From positions 1,952,001-2,016,000 of the forward strand of contig OY970296.1 of assembly GCA_963716175.1 (NCBI GenBank): a DNA stretch of 64,000 bases. Reading direction: 5' to 3'. A model generated the notes under the pieces. The model saw nothing but the letters and a program-made list of their open reading frames with translations. It searched no databases and had not been told where the DNA came from. Position 1 is the first letter of the stretch; each line of letters opens with the position of its first letter. Source of the DNA: an uncultured Armatimonadetes bacterium (GTDB taxonomy: Bacteria > Armatimonadota > Hebobacteria > Hebobacterales > Hebobacteraceae). Position numbers and translations under genes: made by a program. Of this stretch, positions 19,112 to 29,089 are shown piece after piece.

Positions 19112-21460
19112 TTACATCGGCAACTCGAACGCGCGCTGCACATATGCCGCCATCTGGTCCCGGGTCACTTGCGCGCTGGGCCGGTAGGTGCCGTCGTCGT
19201 AGCCCTGCACCACGTCGTTCTCCACGCAGGCCTCGACCGCGGTGCCGGCCCAGAACCCGGCCGGCACATCCGGGAACAACTCCGGCGCCGTGTCCATCGG
19301 CTCCCCCAGCTTCACCCACCCCAGGGCGCGGGCGATGAACACAGCCATCTGCCCCCGGTCCACCACCACCTCCGGCCGGTAGTGGGTGGAGTCGTAGCCG
19401 GCCACCACCTCGCGGCTCACCGCGTACTCGATGTACTCGTAGGCCCAGTGGGTGCTTGGCACATCGTCCGGGAACGAGACCTGAGCGGGGCTGGTAGGGA
19501 CATGCTCCTCCCCGCCGGCCAAGGCCCGCGAGATGTAGACTGCCATCTGGTCGCGGGTGACCGGGAGGTCGGGCTGATAGCTAGCATCCGGATAACCCCC
19601 GACGATGTGGGCAAGGGCGCAGGCTCCGATCTGATCGTAGGCCCAATGGTCAAACGGCAAGTCCGCGAACCAAGGGACCCGAAAGCGGACCATCTGACCG
19701 TTCTCGGTGTCCGTTACCCACACAGAGTCATCGTTCGGATTCACGCACACGGATCTCGGGCCAACAAGGTCCCCTCCTCGCCACAGTTCAGCGCCGCTTG
19801 CCGCCAGATGAACGAGTTGGCTGTTCTCCTTGTCGGCCACCCAGCAGGAACCATTTGTCCAGTTGGCCGAGAGTGCCACGAACCCGGTTGCCGCGTAGCC
19901 GCTTCCTCTCCACAGCTCGCTGCCGTCCGAGGCAAGATGCGCGATCCCGTTGGCGTCCACGATCCAGCAGGAGCCGTCGCTGGCGTTGACCGCAACGAAC
20001 CGGGCACCGGATCCCTGCCACAGGATCACGCCGTCGCGTGATAGGTGGACGAGTTCGCCGCCTGCCACCCAGCAGGAGCCGTCCACTGGGTTGACGGAGA
20101 CGGAGACGGGACTGCTGAAGCCGGCTCCTCGCCAGAGTTCCGTTCCGTCGGGAGCCAGGCGCACCACCTCGCTGGTTGACGCAATCGTCCAGCATGAGCC
20201 ATCGGTCGGATCCACGGCGAGGCGCGTTCCGGAGTATGGGACCGGAGGAGGGCCGCCTCGCCACAGCTCGTCACCATTCTGCGCCAGATGGACAATCTGG
20301 TGGTGCAGGTCATCAGCAACCCAGCAAGAGCCATCCGCCGGGTTCGCTGACACATCGTCTGGCTCGTAGAAGTCTCCTCCCCGCCAGAGTTCAGCCCCAT
20401 CCGCCGCGAGATGCACAACCTGGTCGTTGGAGGTATCGGCTACCCAGCACGAGCCATCCGTGGGGTTGACGGACACGGCCTCAGGCCAGTTGCAGCCGCT
20501 GCCCCGCCACAGTTCGGCCCCGTTCGCCGCAAGATGCACGATCTGGTTCTGGCCCACGTTGGCCATCCAGCAGGATCCGTCTTGCGGGTCTGAGGATACG
20601 GACACGGGGCCGAAACCCATTGCCTGCCACAGTTCCTCGCCGCTCTCGCTCAGGAGCAGAATCTGCCGGTGGTATTCGTCGCCGACCCAGCAGGACCCGT
20701 CGACCGGGTTCACTGCTACGCAGTAGGTCGGGGAGAGGCCGCCGCTCCACAGCTCGGCACCGTTTGCCGCTAGGTGCTTGATGTGGGCACCTCCGACCCA
20801 GCAAGATCCGTCCGTGGCGTTGACGCTGACGGAGGAGGCACGGCCATCTACTCGCCACAGCTGTGTCCCGTTGGCGTCCAGGTGTGTGATGCCAGTAGAA
20901 TCCCCAACCCAGCAAGAGCCATCGGCTGAGTTCACGCAGACCGACTTTGGTGCAGGGAATCCAGGGCCTCGCCACAACTGCGACCCGTTCGCAGCCAGGT
21001 GCACCACCTCGTCGCTGCCCCAGCTAGCCACCCAGCAGGAGCCGTCCGAGGGGTTTGCGGACACCGCCATGGGATAGGTGAAGCCCTCCCCTCGCCACAG
21101 CTCAGAACCATCTGCCGCCAGATGCACCACCTGATTGTGGTAGGTGTCAGCCACCCAACATGACCCATCCGTCGAGTTGGCCGAGACCGAGGTAGTAAAG
21201 GCCTCGCCATCCGGGCCGAGCCAGATGGCATTGCGGAACCCATTGGTCTGACTCAGGATCACACCGCTGTCGGCTAGATGCATCACGCTGTTCCCAGTGG
21301 CCGCCCAGCACGAGCCATCCGTGCGGTCCAGCGACACTGCGAGAGGGGTTCCGAACGGGCTGCGCCAGGCCTCGATGACTTCTTCGGCTGGTGCAGGACA
21401 GGCCGCAAGGCAGAGGATGAAGCAGAGTGTAAGGCCGAGCAGCAGGCGACGCGTTCTCAT
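19112..21460 (-). CDS. secreted SLH-domain protein with ~14 NHL-like repeats (SVNPxDGSCWVAD)
   Basis: Signal peptide; ~40-aa tandem repeats; three C-terminal SLH repeats. Confidence 0.9.
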   Translation of the reverse strand: MRTRRLLLGLTLCFILCLAACPAPAEEVIEAWRSPFGTPLAVSLDRTDGSCWAATGNSVMHLADSGVILSQTNGFRNAIWLGPDGEAFTTSVSANSTDGSCWVADTYHNQVVHLAADGSELWRGEGFTYPMAVSANPSDGSCWVASWGSDEVVHLAANGSQLWRGPGFPAPKSVCVNSADGSCWVGDSTGITHLDANGTQLWRVDGRASSVSVNATDGSCWVGGAHIKHLAANGAELWSGGLSPTYCVAVNPVDGSCWVGDEYHRQILLLSESGEELWQAMGFGPVSVSSDPQDGSCWMANVGQNQIVHLAANGAELWRGSGCNWPEAVSVNPTDGSCWVADTSNDQVVHLAADGAELWRGGDFYEPDDVSANPADGSCWVADDLHHQIVHLAQNGDELWRGGPPPVPYSGTRLAVDPTDGSCWTIASTSEVVRLAPDGTELWRGAGFSSPVSVSVNPVDGSCWVAGGELVHLSRDGVILWQGSGARFVAVNASDGSCWIVDANGIAHLASDGSELWRGSGYAATGFVALSANWTNGSCWVADKENSQLVHLAASGAELWRGGDLVGPRSVCVNPNDDSVWVTDTENGQMVRFRVPWFADLPFDHWAYDQIGACALAHIVGGYPDASYQPDLPVTRDQMAVYISRALAGGEEHVPTSPAQVSFPDDVPSTHWAYEYIEYAVSREVVAGYDSTHYRPEVVVDRGQMAVFIARALGWVKLGEPMDTAPELFPDVPAGFWAGTAVEACVENDVVQGYDDGTYRPSAQVTRDQMAAYVQRAFELPM

Positions 21461-21970
21461 CCGACCCGCCTCTGACGTCAGAGTCCGCGCAGGGCGCGGT
21501 ACTGCTGGAGAGGAACCGAACTGCTGATGCCCCATACCACGCGGCACTCAGTTCGCCTGCTGCTAGTGCCTGAGATGGCACCCAGGAACGACCTCACAAC
21601 CCAGAGGGGACAGTGTCTGGCTGTCACACGGGCTTGAGGCATCCGCTTCGCGGCACATGTCAGCCCTCTGCACCTGAGAGCAGGAGTGAAGGACCGCGCC
21701 GACGCTGAGAACAGATCAGGAACTCGGGCCTGTCGGGATCGTGGTTAGCAGAGCGATGGATGAAGACGCGGGGTGGACCCGGGCCCCACGCCGTGAGATG
21801 ACCACGGGCGCCCTTGCAGGAGAGTCAGGCTACTAGCCGGTAGGCGGTGATACCGGTGTCGGCAGCGACGCGTCGCTCGAGATGGCGTGCGAGAGTGTTG
21901 GCTGGCTTCTCAGGTTCAGTCCGCTCTTCGACGTGACGAAGGCCCCGGGCACCCCCCGACTCCGGCTCCC

Positions 21971-23263
21971 TGTGCGGACCGGTTACATGGGTAACGGATG
22001 TGCCGAGTACATAGGTAACACTTCTACTCCGCCTTCGGGCACTCCCCTAGTGTCAGGCGTTTGATCACCTGATGGCAGAAGAGCACCTCCACCAGGCCGT
22101 CGATATCAGTGGCGCGCACGGCCACCGGCTGACCGCGGAAGGCCTTGGAAACGGGCAGCAGACGCCCCCCGAAGTGCACCTCGCCCCCACGCTGCACCTT
22201 GCGCACCGGCAGCCCCGGCGGGTACTGGATCGGCTCCAGCTGCGCGGGGTAGGCGCGCAGGCTGGGCTGGTAGCGACTTGCCGGCACCTCCAGCGCGAGC
22301 GCCTCGTGAGGGCGCAGGAAGTTATATTGCTCCCGCCACGGATCCAGGTGCGCCTGCAGGTGCTCCCCGTCTCGCCACTGGTGCCGCGCCAGCAGCTCTC
22401 GCTGCAAGCTGCCATGGAAGCGTTCATCCTTGCCCACGGTCTGGGGATGGTAGGGCCGAGAGTGAGTCACGTATATCCCCAGCCGCATCAGCCACACCGC
22501 CAGCGCCCCATATGCGTCCGCGGCCAGATCTCCCCAGGGACCTCCATTGTCCGACAGCATCGCCTCCGGCACCCCATAGTGCCGGAAAGCGGCCACTAGC
22601 GCCGCCTGCACGGAGCACCCGTCCTGCTTGGGCAGCGCCTGCAGAGAGAGGGCAAAGCGAGAATGATCGTCCAGCACGCTCAGCACGTGCTGGGGACCCG
22701 TCTGCGTCGCTACCGGCGCCTTGAAGTCCATCTGCCAGAGGTCGTTGGGCAGTGGGCGCTCGAAACGCACCCAGGGGCGCTGACCCGCAGGCGAGTCCGC
22801 ACCGATGAGCGCGTGCCGATGCAGGGTCGCGGTAATGGAGCTGGTGGCTGGCACGGGGTGGAGGCCCTGGTTGCGGAGCAGCCGGCGAAGCTTGCGGGCT
22901 CCCCAGCACGGGTGCGCCTGGCGGAGCGCCACGATTGCCTGCTGGGTGGCTGCCGGCAGTTGCGGGCGCCTCCGGTGGGGCCGGCGGGAGTGATCCCGCA
23001 AGCCCACTTCCCCGGCCTCAGCAAAGCGATAACACCATTTGTAGCCGATCCTGGGGCTGATGCCGAAGCGGCGGCACAGATCCCGAAACGGCACCCTCCC
23101 CTGCTGGGCGAACATCACAAACTCCCGTCGCTGCTGCTCCACGGTAACTGGCTCCCAGGGCATGGCCCCTCTCCTCTAGGAAGAGATGCATGCCTCTATA
23201 GTAACCGCTTGCCCGTTACCTATGTATCCGGTACGAGTGTTACCTATCTATCCAGTCTGTACA
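21971..23263 (-). mobile_element. IS481-family element
   Basis: TGT...ACA ends with repeated ATAGGTAAC boxes; 5-bp TSD CTCCC (21966-21970, 23264-23268). Confidence 0.95.
22024..23163 (-). CDS. IS481 family transposase
   Basis: MPW start, WQMDFK, SDNG, GKDERFH, RPHEAL. Confidence 0.95.
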   Translation of the reverse strand: MPWEPVTVEQQRREFVMFAQQGRVPFRDLCRRFGISPRIGYKWCYRFAEAGEVGLRDHSRRPHRRRPQLPAATQQAIVALRQAHPCWGARKLRRLLRNQGLHPVPATSSITATLHRHALIGADSPAGQRPWVRFERPLPNDLWQMDFKAPVATQTGPQHVLSVLDDHSRFALSLQALPKQDGCSVQAALVAAFRHYGVPEAMLSDNGGPWGDLAADAYGALAVWLMRLGIYVTHSRPYHPQTVGKDERFHGSLQRELLARHQWRDGEHLQAHLDPWREQYNFLRPHEALALEVPASRYQPSLRAYPAQLEPIQYPPGLPVRKVQRGGEVHFGGRLLPVSKAFRGQPVAVRATDIDGLVEVLFCHQVIKRLTLGECPKAE

Positions 23264-23621
23264 CTCCCCCCTCGGCCGGGAGTCACTGGGCGGGGTCCCG
23301 TCGCGTGTGGGTGGGCGGGCTGCGCGCATCTGGTGGTTCCAGCCTCCAGCCAGATCGAGTGCCCACGATAGACGGGGGGATGCCGTCAGGGCGAGGCTGG
23401 GGCGGCTCTAAGGCGAGGTGACCCCTACAGCTGGGCGCAGGCGGAGAGCATGCTGATCTCATCCTGGGTCTCTACGCCCAGGGGCGCGGCAGCGGCGCCG
23501 AGTCACAGGTGGGATCGTCTCGCCGTTCGGCCGTTCGGCTGTAGTTGACGCCCTCCCCGCGGCCTGTTAGCATCCACGTCGCAGTTGCTCTCTCCACTGC
23601 CAAGGGGGAAGGAGGGGTGCC

Positions 23622-24335
23622 ATGCGTACAACGCTGCTTATCGTTTTCCTCGCGATGGTCGTCTGCGTCTGTGGCTGTGTTTTCGTCGTCAACTCTGTGC
23701 AGCCGTTCTACACCGAGAGGGACGTCGTCTTCGAGCCAGCGCTGATCGGGTCGTGGGAGCAACAGCCGGAGAAGGGCGAGCAGGCGGCCGAGAAGTCCCC
23801 CGTTATCTGGACGTTCAAGAAGAGCGAGGAGGCGGCGGAGAACGATGCCGCCAGCTATGAACTGAAGATGAGCCAGGGGGATCGCTGGGCGACATTCAGC
23901 GTGCACCTCGCCAAGCTGGGAGAGGATCGCTTCCTCGACCTCTACCCCGAGGACATCTGCCCGCAGGCGCTCGGCGAGAAGCCCGGAGACACTACCACCG
24001 ACGGTGATGGCTCGGAGGGCGGTTTCGTGCTCCTCTCCTTCTTCCTCCACTTTGCGCCCACTCACACCGTCTCGCGGATCCACCTTTCGGGCGACGAGCT
24101 GAAGATCGCGCAGTTGAATGCGGACTGGCTGGCTGAGAAGGCCGGGGAGAAGCCGCTGAATCTTCCGCACGTGGACAGAGAGGGCGCGCTGATACTGACC
24201 GCCTCGCCGGAGCAGCTCCGCGCGTTTCTGCTGGAGCACGCGAGCGAGGATAGAGCGTTCAAGGCGCCAGTGGTGCTGAAGCGGCAGAAGCCGGGGGCTT
24301 CCGGGCAGACGAAGGGACGCGAGAGCACGAAGTAG
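23622..24335 (+). CDS. putative lipoprotein
   Basis: GGAGG RBS; lipobox-like VCGC. Confidence 0.8.
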   Translation: MRTTLLIVFLAMVVCVCGCVFVVNSVQPFYTERDVVFEPALIGSWEQQPEKGEQAAEKSPVIWTFKKSEEAAENDAASYELKMSQGDRWATFSVHLAKLGEDRFLDLYPEDICPQALGEKPGDTTTDGDGSEGGFVLLSFFLHFAPTHTVSRIHLSGDELKIAQLNADWLAEKAGEKPLNLPHVDREGALILTASPEQLRAFLLEHASEDRAFKAPVVLKRQKPGASGQTKGRESTK

Positions 24336-24380
24336 CGCGCACGCGTGAGTCAGCCACCGGCCGGCGCCACGCTCGTGCGT

Positions 24381-24545
24381 ACGGCCCCGGTCACCCCCGA
24401 CTCCGGCTATCCCCTCGGCGTGGAGTCACGGCCCGGGGCTCAGTCGCGGGTCGTCGTGCGACGGCGCTTCCCTGACACGCGGGTCACAGCCTTCCGGTTG
24501 GCGGCATGATATCAGGCCGGCTCCATGGGTGGCTGACAGGGACAG
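24381..24545 (+). repeat. junction hairpin repeat copy 3 (G-type left, type I extension)
   Basis: Aligns with 12149-12313. Confidence 0.9.
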
Positions 24546-24676
24546 GGTGCCCGGCACCGCCGGTGGAACGGTGGTGGGTGTGAAGGTGGGACGGAACGGA
24601 GCTGTGGCGTGGCGGCGAGTTCGTGGAGCCGAACGCAGGTAGGCGCTGGCCTACCCGTCAGCAGCGAAGCCCGGGG

Positions 24677-26356
24677 TCACCTGTCGGTAGCAGCTTTCCC
24701 ATCTCCCCACGCCTTTTCCGCCCATACATCCATAGCGCCGTACTTGTTGTGCCAGGTGGTGTACATGGCGCCGATTATGCCCGGCACGTTCTTCGTGGCT
24801 TCTCTCCACTTGGCGATGGTCGAACCGTCCTCATCGCCGTCATAGTAGCCCGAGAGGATCTGCCGCAACCCCAGCTTCGCGAAGAACGGCGAGTTCTTCC
24901 CCATCAACTCGCCGTACCAGTTGACCAGGACGACGTCCTTATCCAGCCCTTTCCAGGAGCCCTCGAGGCTGCCGTTCACGAGATAGTAGCCGCTCTTCTT
25001 GGCATTGTGCATGGGGTCGAACATGTCGCTCCAGACGTAGATCTCGGCATCCGCACGAGCTTTGCGGATGATCGCCGCCGCCTTATGCACGTTGTCCGCC
25101 AGGAGCTCGCCCGGCGTCATGTGCCGGCTCTGGCAGAGGGCGCATTGGTCTGCCACGCGCAGTTCGTCATGCTGCATGAAGAAGCCCTTCGGATGGAGCA
25201 ACCCCTCGGCCTCGCGCACCTGCTGCTCCCATTCGTCGAAGATGGCGGGTTCGCTCAGGCAACTCGTCAGCCGGTCGTCGTAGATGATCGCCGGGTGGTA
25301 GTAGCTCACCCGCAGCCGCTCGCCCCGCCGGATGCGAGTACCGGGGGTGAGCTTGATGGTGGGCATCTCGTGCGAAGGCTCGGAGATCATCAGCTTGGGG
25401 TCCACGAGCTTCTCGAAGTCCTTGCCCTCGGTGTAGGTGGTGCCGTTCTCGCCTCGCACCGTGACAGGGCAGCCCGGCCGGCGCACGACGTTGACAAGGC
25501 CCATCTCCTCGACACGCAGGTCATCGAGCCAGAGGCGTCCGCCTCCTTGTCCCCACTGGACGCCCACGGAGATGAGGGCCTCGCCGCTTCCGAGGCTGTT
25601 GAAGGCAATGGTATGCTGTGTCCAGTCCTCGGTCTCTTTGATGCCGGTGTTCTCGTAGCAGAGGCGGGTGTCGGAGTCGGGATCGATGACGGCGATACCA
25701 GTGCCCTGCCGGTTGGCGCGGATGCCCTCACTCTTCGCCCAGATCGAGGCGCGGTACTGGCGGTGCGCCTGTAGGCGCACGGGCTGGAGGAGGACGCAGT
25801 GGCCCCCGTTGGGCTCGATGCGCACTGATGTCTTGCCGCCGTGCACCACCTCGTGATCGGCGAAGAGCGGAGTGCCCGAGCTGCTCTCCAGCTCCCAGCC
25901 GCGGAACTGGTTTCCGGTGACGTCCTCGAAGCCGGCGTTCGTGACGAGCGTCGGGTTATCGGGCTGGAAGGAAGCGACGCCGTCCCCGGCGACGAAGAGC
26001 GAGTCCCTAACGGGCAGGCCCTCGGTCATGTTGGGGTCGCGGGACCCGTCCATGACGCAGGGATAGAGGTCGAGGTGATACTGCTCGGCGGCCTGGCGGA
26101 GCGCCATCGCCTGCTCTGCCGACATGCCCCCGACGGGAAAGACGATGCCGTTGTAGCCGTCCCGCTGGGCCTGAGGGAAGCGAGCGATCTCGGCGGGGCC
26201 CATGGAGGTCCAGAAGAAGAGCCAGCGCTTCTCCATGCGCGGGCTCTGCAGCTCTGTCCCAGGCTCCGGCCGCGCCGCGGCCAGGGCGAGACCCGCGCAG
26301 AGCAGCAAGAGGACCGTGACGGCAGCACCGAAACGCGGCGCTTGCGGTAGCATCAT
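24677..26356 (-). CDS. secreted glycoside hydrolase-like protein with carbohydrate-binding module
   Basis: Signal peptide; NAGFE CBM4/9-like insert; MQHDELR and WSDMFDP (GH20-like HDE motif). Confidence 0.75.
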   Translation of the reverse strand: MMLPQAPRFGAAVTVLLLLCAGLALAAARPEPGTELQSPRMEKRWLFFWTSMGPAEIARFPQAQRDGYNGIVFPVGGMSAEQAMALRQAAEQYHLDLYPCVMDGSRDPNMTEGLPVRDSLFVAGDGVASFQPDNPTLVTNAGFEDVTGNQFRGWELESSSGTPLFADHEVVHGGKTSVRIEPNGGHCVLLQPVRLQAHRQYRASIWAKSEGIRANRQGTGIAVIDPDSDTRLCYENTGIKETEDWTQHTIAFNSLGSGEALISVGVQWGQGGGRLWLDDLRVEEMGLVNVVRRPGCPVTVRGENGTTYTEGKDFEKLVDPKLMISEPSHEMPTIKLTPGTRIRRGERLRVSYYHPAIIYDDRLTSCLSEPAIFDEWEQQVREAEGLLHPKGFFMQHDELRVADQCALCQSRHMTPGELLADNVHKAAAIIRKARADAEIYVWSDMFDPMHNAKKSGYYLVNGSLEGSWKGLDKDVVLVNWYGELMGKNSPFFAKLGLRQILSGYYDGDEDGSTIAKWREATKNVPGIIGAMYTTWHNKYGAMDVWAEKAWGDGKAATDR

Positions 26357-26423
26357 AGCACCCTTCCCGGACGGGCTAGTAGCGTCTTGCCTTCGGCAAG
26401 GTGGGCAGGCGACCCTTTGTGCT

Positions 26424-26510
26424 TGCCAACCGCCCGTGAAGCCGGCCTGAGGCCACCCCCGACTCCGGCTACCGCCCCGGCTTGGAGTCACTGGCCGGGG
26501 TTTCGTCGCG
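26424..26510 (+). repeat. junction hairpin repeat copy 4 (A-type left flank)
   Basis: TGCCAACCGCCCGTGAAGCCGGCCTGA followed by the core. Confidence 0.9.
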
Positions 26511-26618
26511 CATATGGGAGCTGGGTCGGCTTGCCGTACCGGCCTACGGCCCTTGGAGGTCCCTCAACGGCGGCAGGGATAGAGTCCACCCCGGCGAACA
26601 GCCCCGCAAGTCGGCACG

Positions 26619-26741
26619 GTGACCGTTCGCTGCGAACGCTACCGATGGCTGAGGGGAGAGTGGGAAGATACAAGAGCGGGAATGCCGGAGGTGTAGCTAA
26701 GCCAAGAGCCCTTTATGCCCCAAGACCGCTGACGATTCACA
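26619..26741 (+). mobile_element. solo right end of an IS3 related to 8352-10081
   Basis: Aligns with 9960-10081 (…CCGGAGGTGTAGCT…GCTGAC…ACA). Confidence 0.75.
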
Positions 26742-26859
26742 GCATCACCTACGTGAGCAAGGAAGCTTACGGCCCCCAAGAGGATCAACACCTGGAGTTC
26801 GGGCATTCGCTGGAGCAGTTCGCTGATGCCTGACGTCGCGGTGCAGGAGGTGCAGCGGG

Positions 26860-27936
26860 ATGCGTGACTTCCACATCGGTCGTCTTGCTGCCGTGATCTG
26901 GCTGGCATATCTGTGCGCTGCTGGCGCTCGATGCTCGTCGGCAGACATGAGCTCTCTCCTGGGCATCGGCGGCACATATCAGCCGATGAGCGGTGAATCC
27001 CCAGTCCGCCTTCTTCGCGAGTTCATCCGGATCGAGTTCTCCCCTCGCCTGGCGCGCACGGTCGTCCAGTTCGAGTTCCGCAACGAAGGTCGGCCCCAGA
27101 CGGTCGTCATGGGCTTCCCGGAGCAGGTCATGTATGAACGCGGGAGGTACCAGCGCTTCCGGGCCGAGGCTGACGGATGGCCACTGGCCGCCAGGCCAAC
27201 GCCATGGGTGGCGGAATCATCCGAGCAGCGTTGGGCGCGATGGTGGGTGAGCAAGGTGCACTTCGCCCGCGGGGAGCGCCGCATCATACGAGTACGTTAC
27301 CAGGAACCCCCTGGCATAGACGAGACGGACTGCTACGTGTACCGCTACCTGTTCGGGACCGGGCGCTCCTGGAAGGGAAGCATCGGCAGCGTGCAGGTGC
27401 TGATGATCCTGAAGGTTTTCCCCCTGGATGCCACGGTCACGGCCTACTTGCGGGGCGCGACACGTCATGGTGATCGGATTGCGTGGCAGTTCCAAGACTG
27501 GGAGCCAGACGAGGACGTCGCTCTTGACGTGGCGGTGTCGCCCTACATCACGGACATCGTTTTCGACGGCCACTACCCGAGCCTGTCGATGGAGAAGGAG
27601 CTAAACTTACGGCACGGCCATCTCGCTGGGCATCTCCGCAGCATCGCGGACTGGGCGGAGGGGAGTCTGGCGTGGTCTCGCGGTGAGCGGACCGGCTTCA
27701 TTCATCGGAGGGCTAAGACCCTTGCTCTGACGGTCGACTCAACCCAGGCGTTGCTACTCCCTGAGAAGAGGGAGATCCGGCTTCCGTTCGCTGCCTATAT
27801 TGAGCATGGTTTGCTCCGCGTGCCCGTTCGCGCGGTCTGGGAAGCGCTCGGCTTTTGCGTGGATATGAAGAAGGACGCGATCGGCAACTGGTCCGTGCGT
27901 GTTTGCGATCCACAGAAGCACGGGGCGGCTTTGTGA
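26860..27936 (+). CDS. DUF4424-like secreted protein with C-terminal copper-amine-oxidase N-terminal-like (stalk) domain
   Basis: FEFRN...VMGFP, YRYLFGTGRSWKGSIG, VPVRAVWEALG. Confidence 0.75.
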   Translation: MRDFHIGRLAAVIWLAYLCAAGARCSSADMSSLLGIGGTYQPMSGESPVRLLREFIRIEFSPRLARTVVQFEFRNEGRPQTVVMGFPEQVMYERGRYQRFRAEADGWPLAARPTPWVAESSEQRWARWWVSKVHFARGERRIIRVRYQEPPGIDETDCYVYRYLFGTGRSWKGSIGSVQVLMILKVFPLDATVTAYLRGATRHGDRIAWQFQDWEPDEDVALDVAVSPYITDIVFDGHYPSLSMEKELNLRHGHLAGHLRSIADWAEGSLAWSRGERTGFIHRRAKTLALTVDSTQALLLPEKREIRLPFAAYIEHGLLRVPVRAVWEALGFCVDMKKDAIGNWSVRVCDPQKHGAAL

Positions 27937-27980
27937 GCCGGGGTATGCACTCCCGCCCAATCGTCGGCTGACCAGCCTCG

Positions 27981-28035
27981 CTCCCCGCCACCCCCGACTC
28001 CGGCTACCCCTCGGCTGGGAGTGAGTGACCGGGCC
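27981..28035 (+). repeat. junction hairpin repeat copy 5
   Basis: CCACCCCCGACTCCGGCTACCCCTCGGCTGGGAGTG. Confidence 0.85.
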
Positions 28036-28164
28036 GAAACGCGCTATGCGACGATACGTCCCAGGAAGACGAGACTGAGACCTGGGACCATCCCCCTATC
28101 GGTCCTGACGGCCATTGCGGTATGCTGATCAGGCATGCAGACAGTGCGCAAGGAGGTAGAACCG

Positions 28165-29034
28165 ATGAACGTGTGGCGTCAGCTTGCATTCGCGGTGAGC
28201 ATGTTGTTGGTCTGCGCATTGGGGGCCGCCACTGCTGCTCGCGCTCAAGACGCTTCCTCCATGATTCTGGCCGGCATCATGGAGGTGATAGACCAGGAGC
28301 TCTCCATGCCTTCACTCGGGGGCCCGACTGGGGTTGTGAGCCTACCGAACGCAATCACCATGCCTGCAGATGGGTGGCAGGCGGCCCTCAGCTACCAGGG
28401 GATGCGAGCATCATCCTGGGGCATGTACCAGGCTCCCGATGATCTCGGAGTGTGGTCTCTCCAGGCGGCGCATAGAGTGAACGACACGTCCGAGCTGTGG
28501 GCAAGTTACTCCTCTGCAACCGATCACGTGGGTTCCCGCACGTGGGGACTCGGCGGCAAGAAGATGTTCACGCATTTCCAGGGGGAAGGACCCTTCGTGG
28601 CCGTAGGCGCCAGCCACCACAAGTGGGGTGATGCCTTCGGCGAAGGATGGTCAGCAGATGATCCGGCCCGGCCTGACGCGAATGTGACCAAGGCCTACGC
28701 GGTGGTGACAGGATCTCTGGCACACGAGGGCTGGGCCTCTGGGTTGTTAGGGACCGGGGGCCTCATGGGCCTCGGCTTCGATCCCAATCGCGGCCGTAGC
28801 CGGAGCCTGATGCGACCATTCGTCGCTCTGCAGTTCGTCGGCTGGGGTACCGTGCTGGGCCTCGACTACCGCTGGCCGGACGCTCCCCTGGATGCAGAGC
28901 CGGTTCTCTCCGCAGCCATTCGTCAAGTGTTGTCGCATGAGCTTACGGTCGAACTGGGCACTACCAACGCCAGCCCCGTCGGTACCGGACTTTCAGCTCA
29001 ACGGCTGTTCCTGCGGCTAAGCCATACACTCTAG
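28165..29034 (+). CDS. secreted hypothetical protein (beta-barrel-like)
   Basis: AGGAGG RBS; signal peptide; GPTGVVSLPNA motif. Confidence 0.75.
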   Translation: MNVWRQLAFAVSMLLVCALGAATAARAQDASSMILAGIMEVIDQELSMPSLGGPTGVVSLPNAITMPADGWQAALSYQGMRASSWGMYQAPDDLGVWSLQAAHRVNDTSELWASYSSATDHVGSRTWGLGGKKMFTHFQGEGPFVAVGASHHKWGDAFGEGWSADDPARPDANVTKAYAVVTGSLAHEGWASGLLGTGGLMGLGFDPNRGRSRSLMRPFVALQFVGWGTVLGLDYRWPDAPLDAEPVLSAAIRQVLSHELTVELGTTNASPVGTGLSAQRLFLRLSHTL

Positions 29035-29089
29035 AGACGGCATCGCCGGGGCGTCGTCTGTTGCTCCCCGGCGTAGGTAACGGGGTGCC

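Larger units (their letters stand above)
21935..23305 (+). repeat. junction hairpin repeat copy 2, split by IS481
   Basis: ...ACCCCCCGACTCCGGCTCCC [IS] CCCTCGGCCGGGAGTCACTGGGCGGGGTCCCGTCGCG. Confidence 0.85.
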
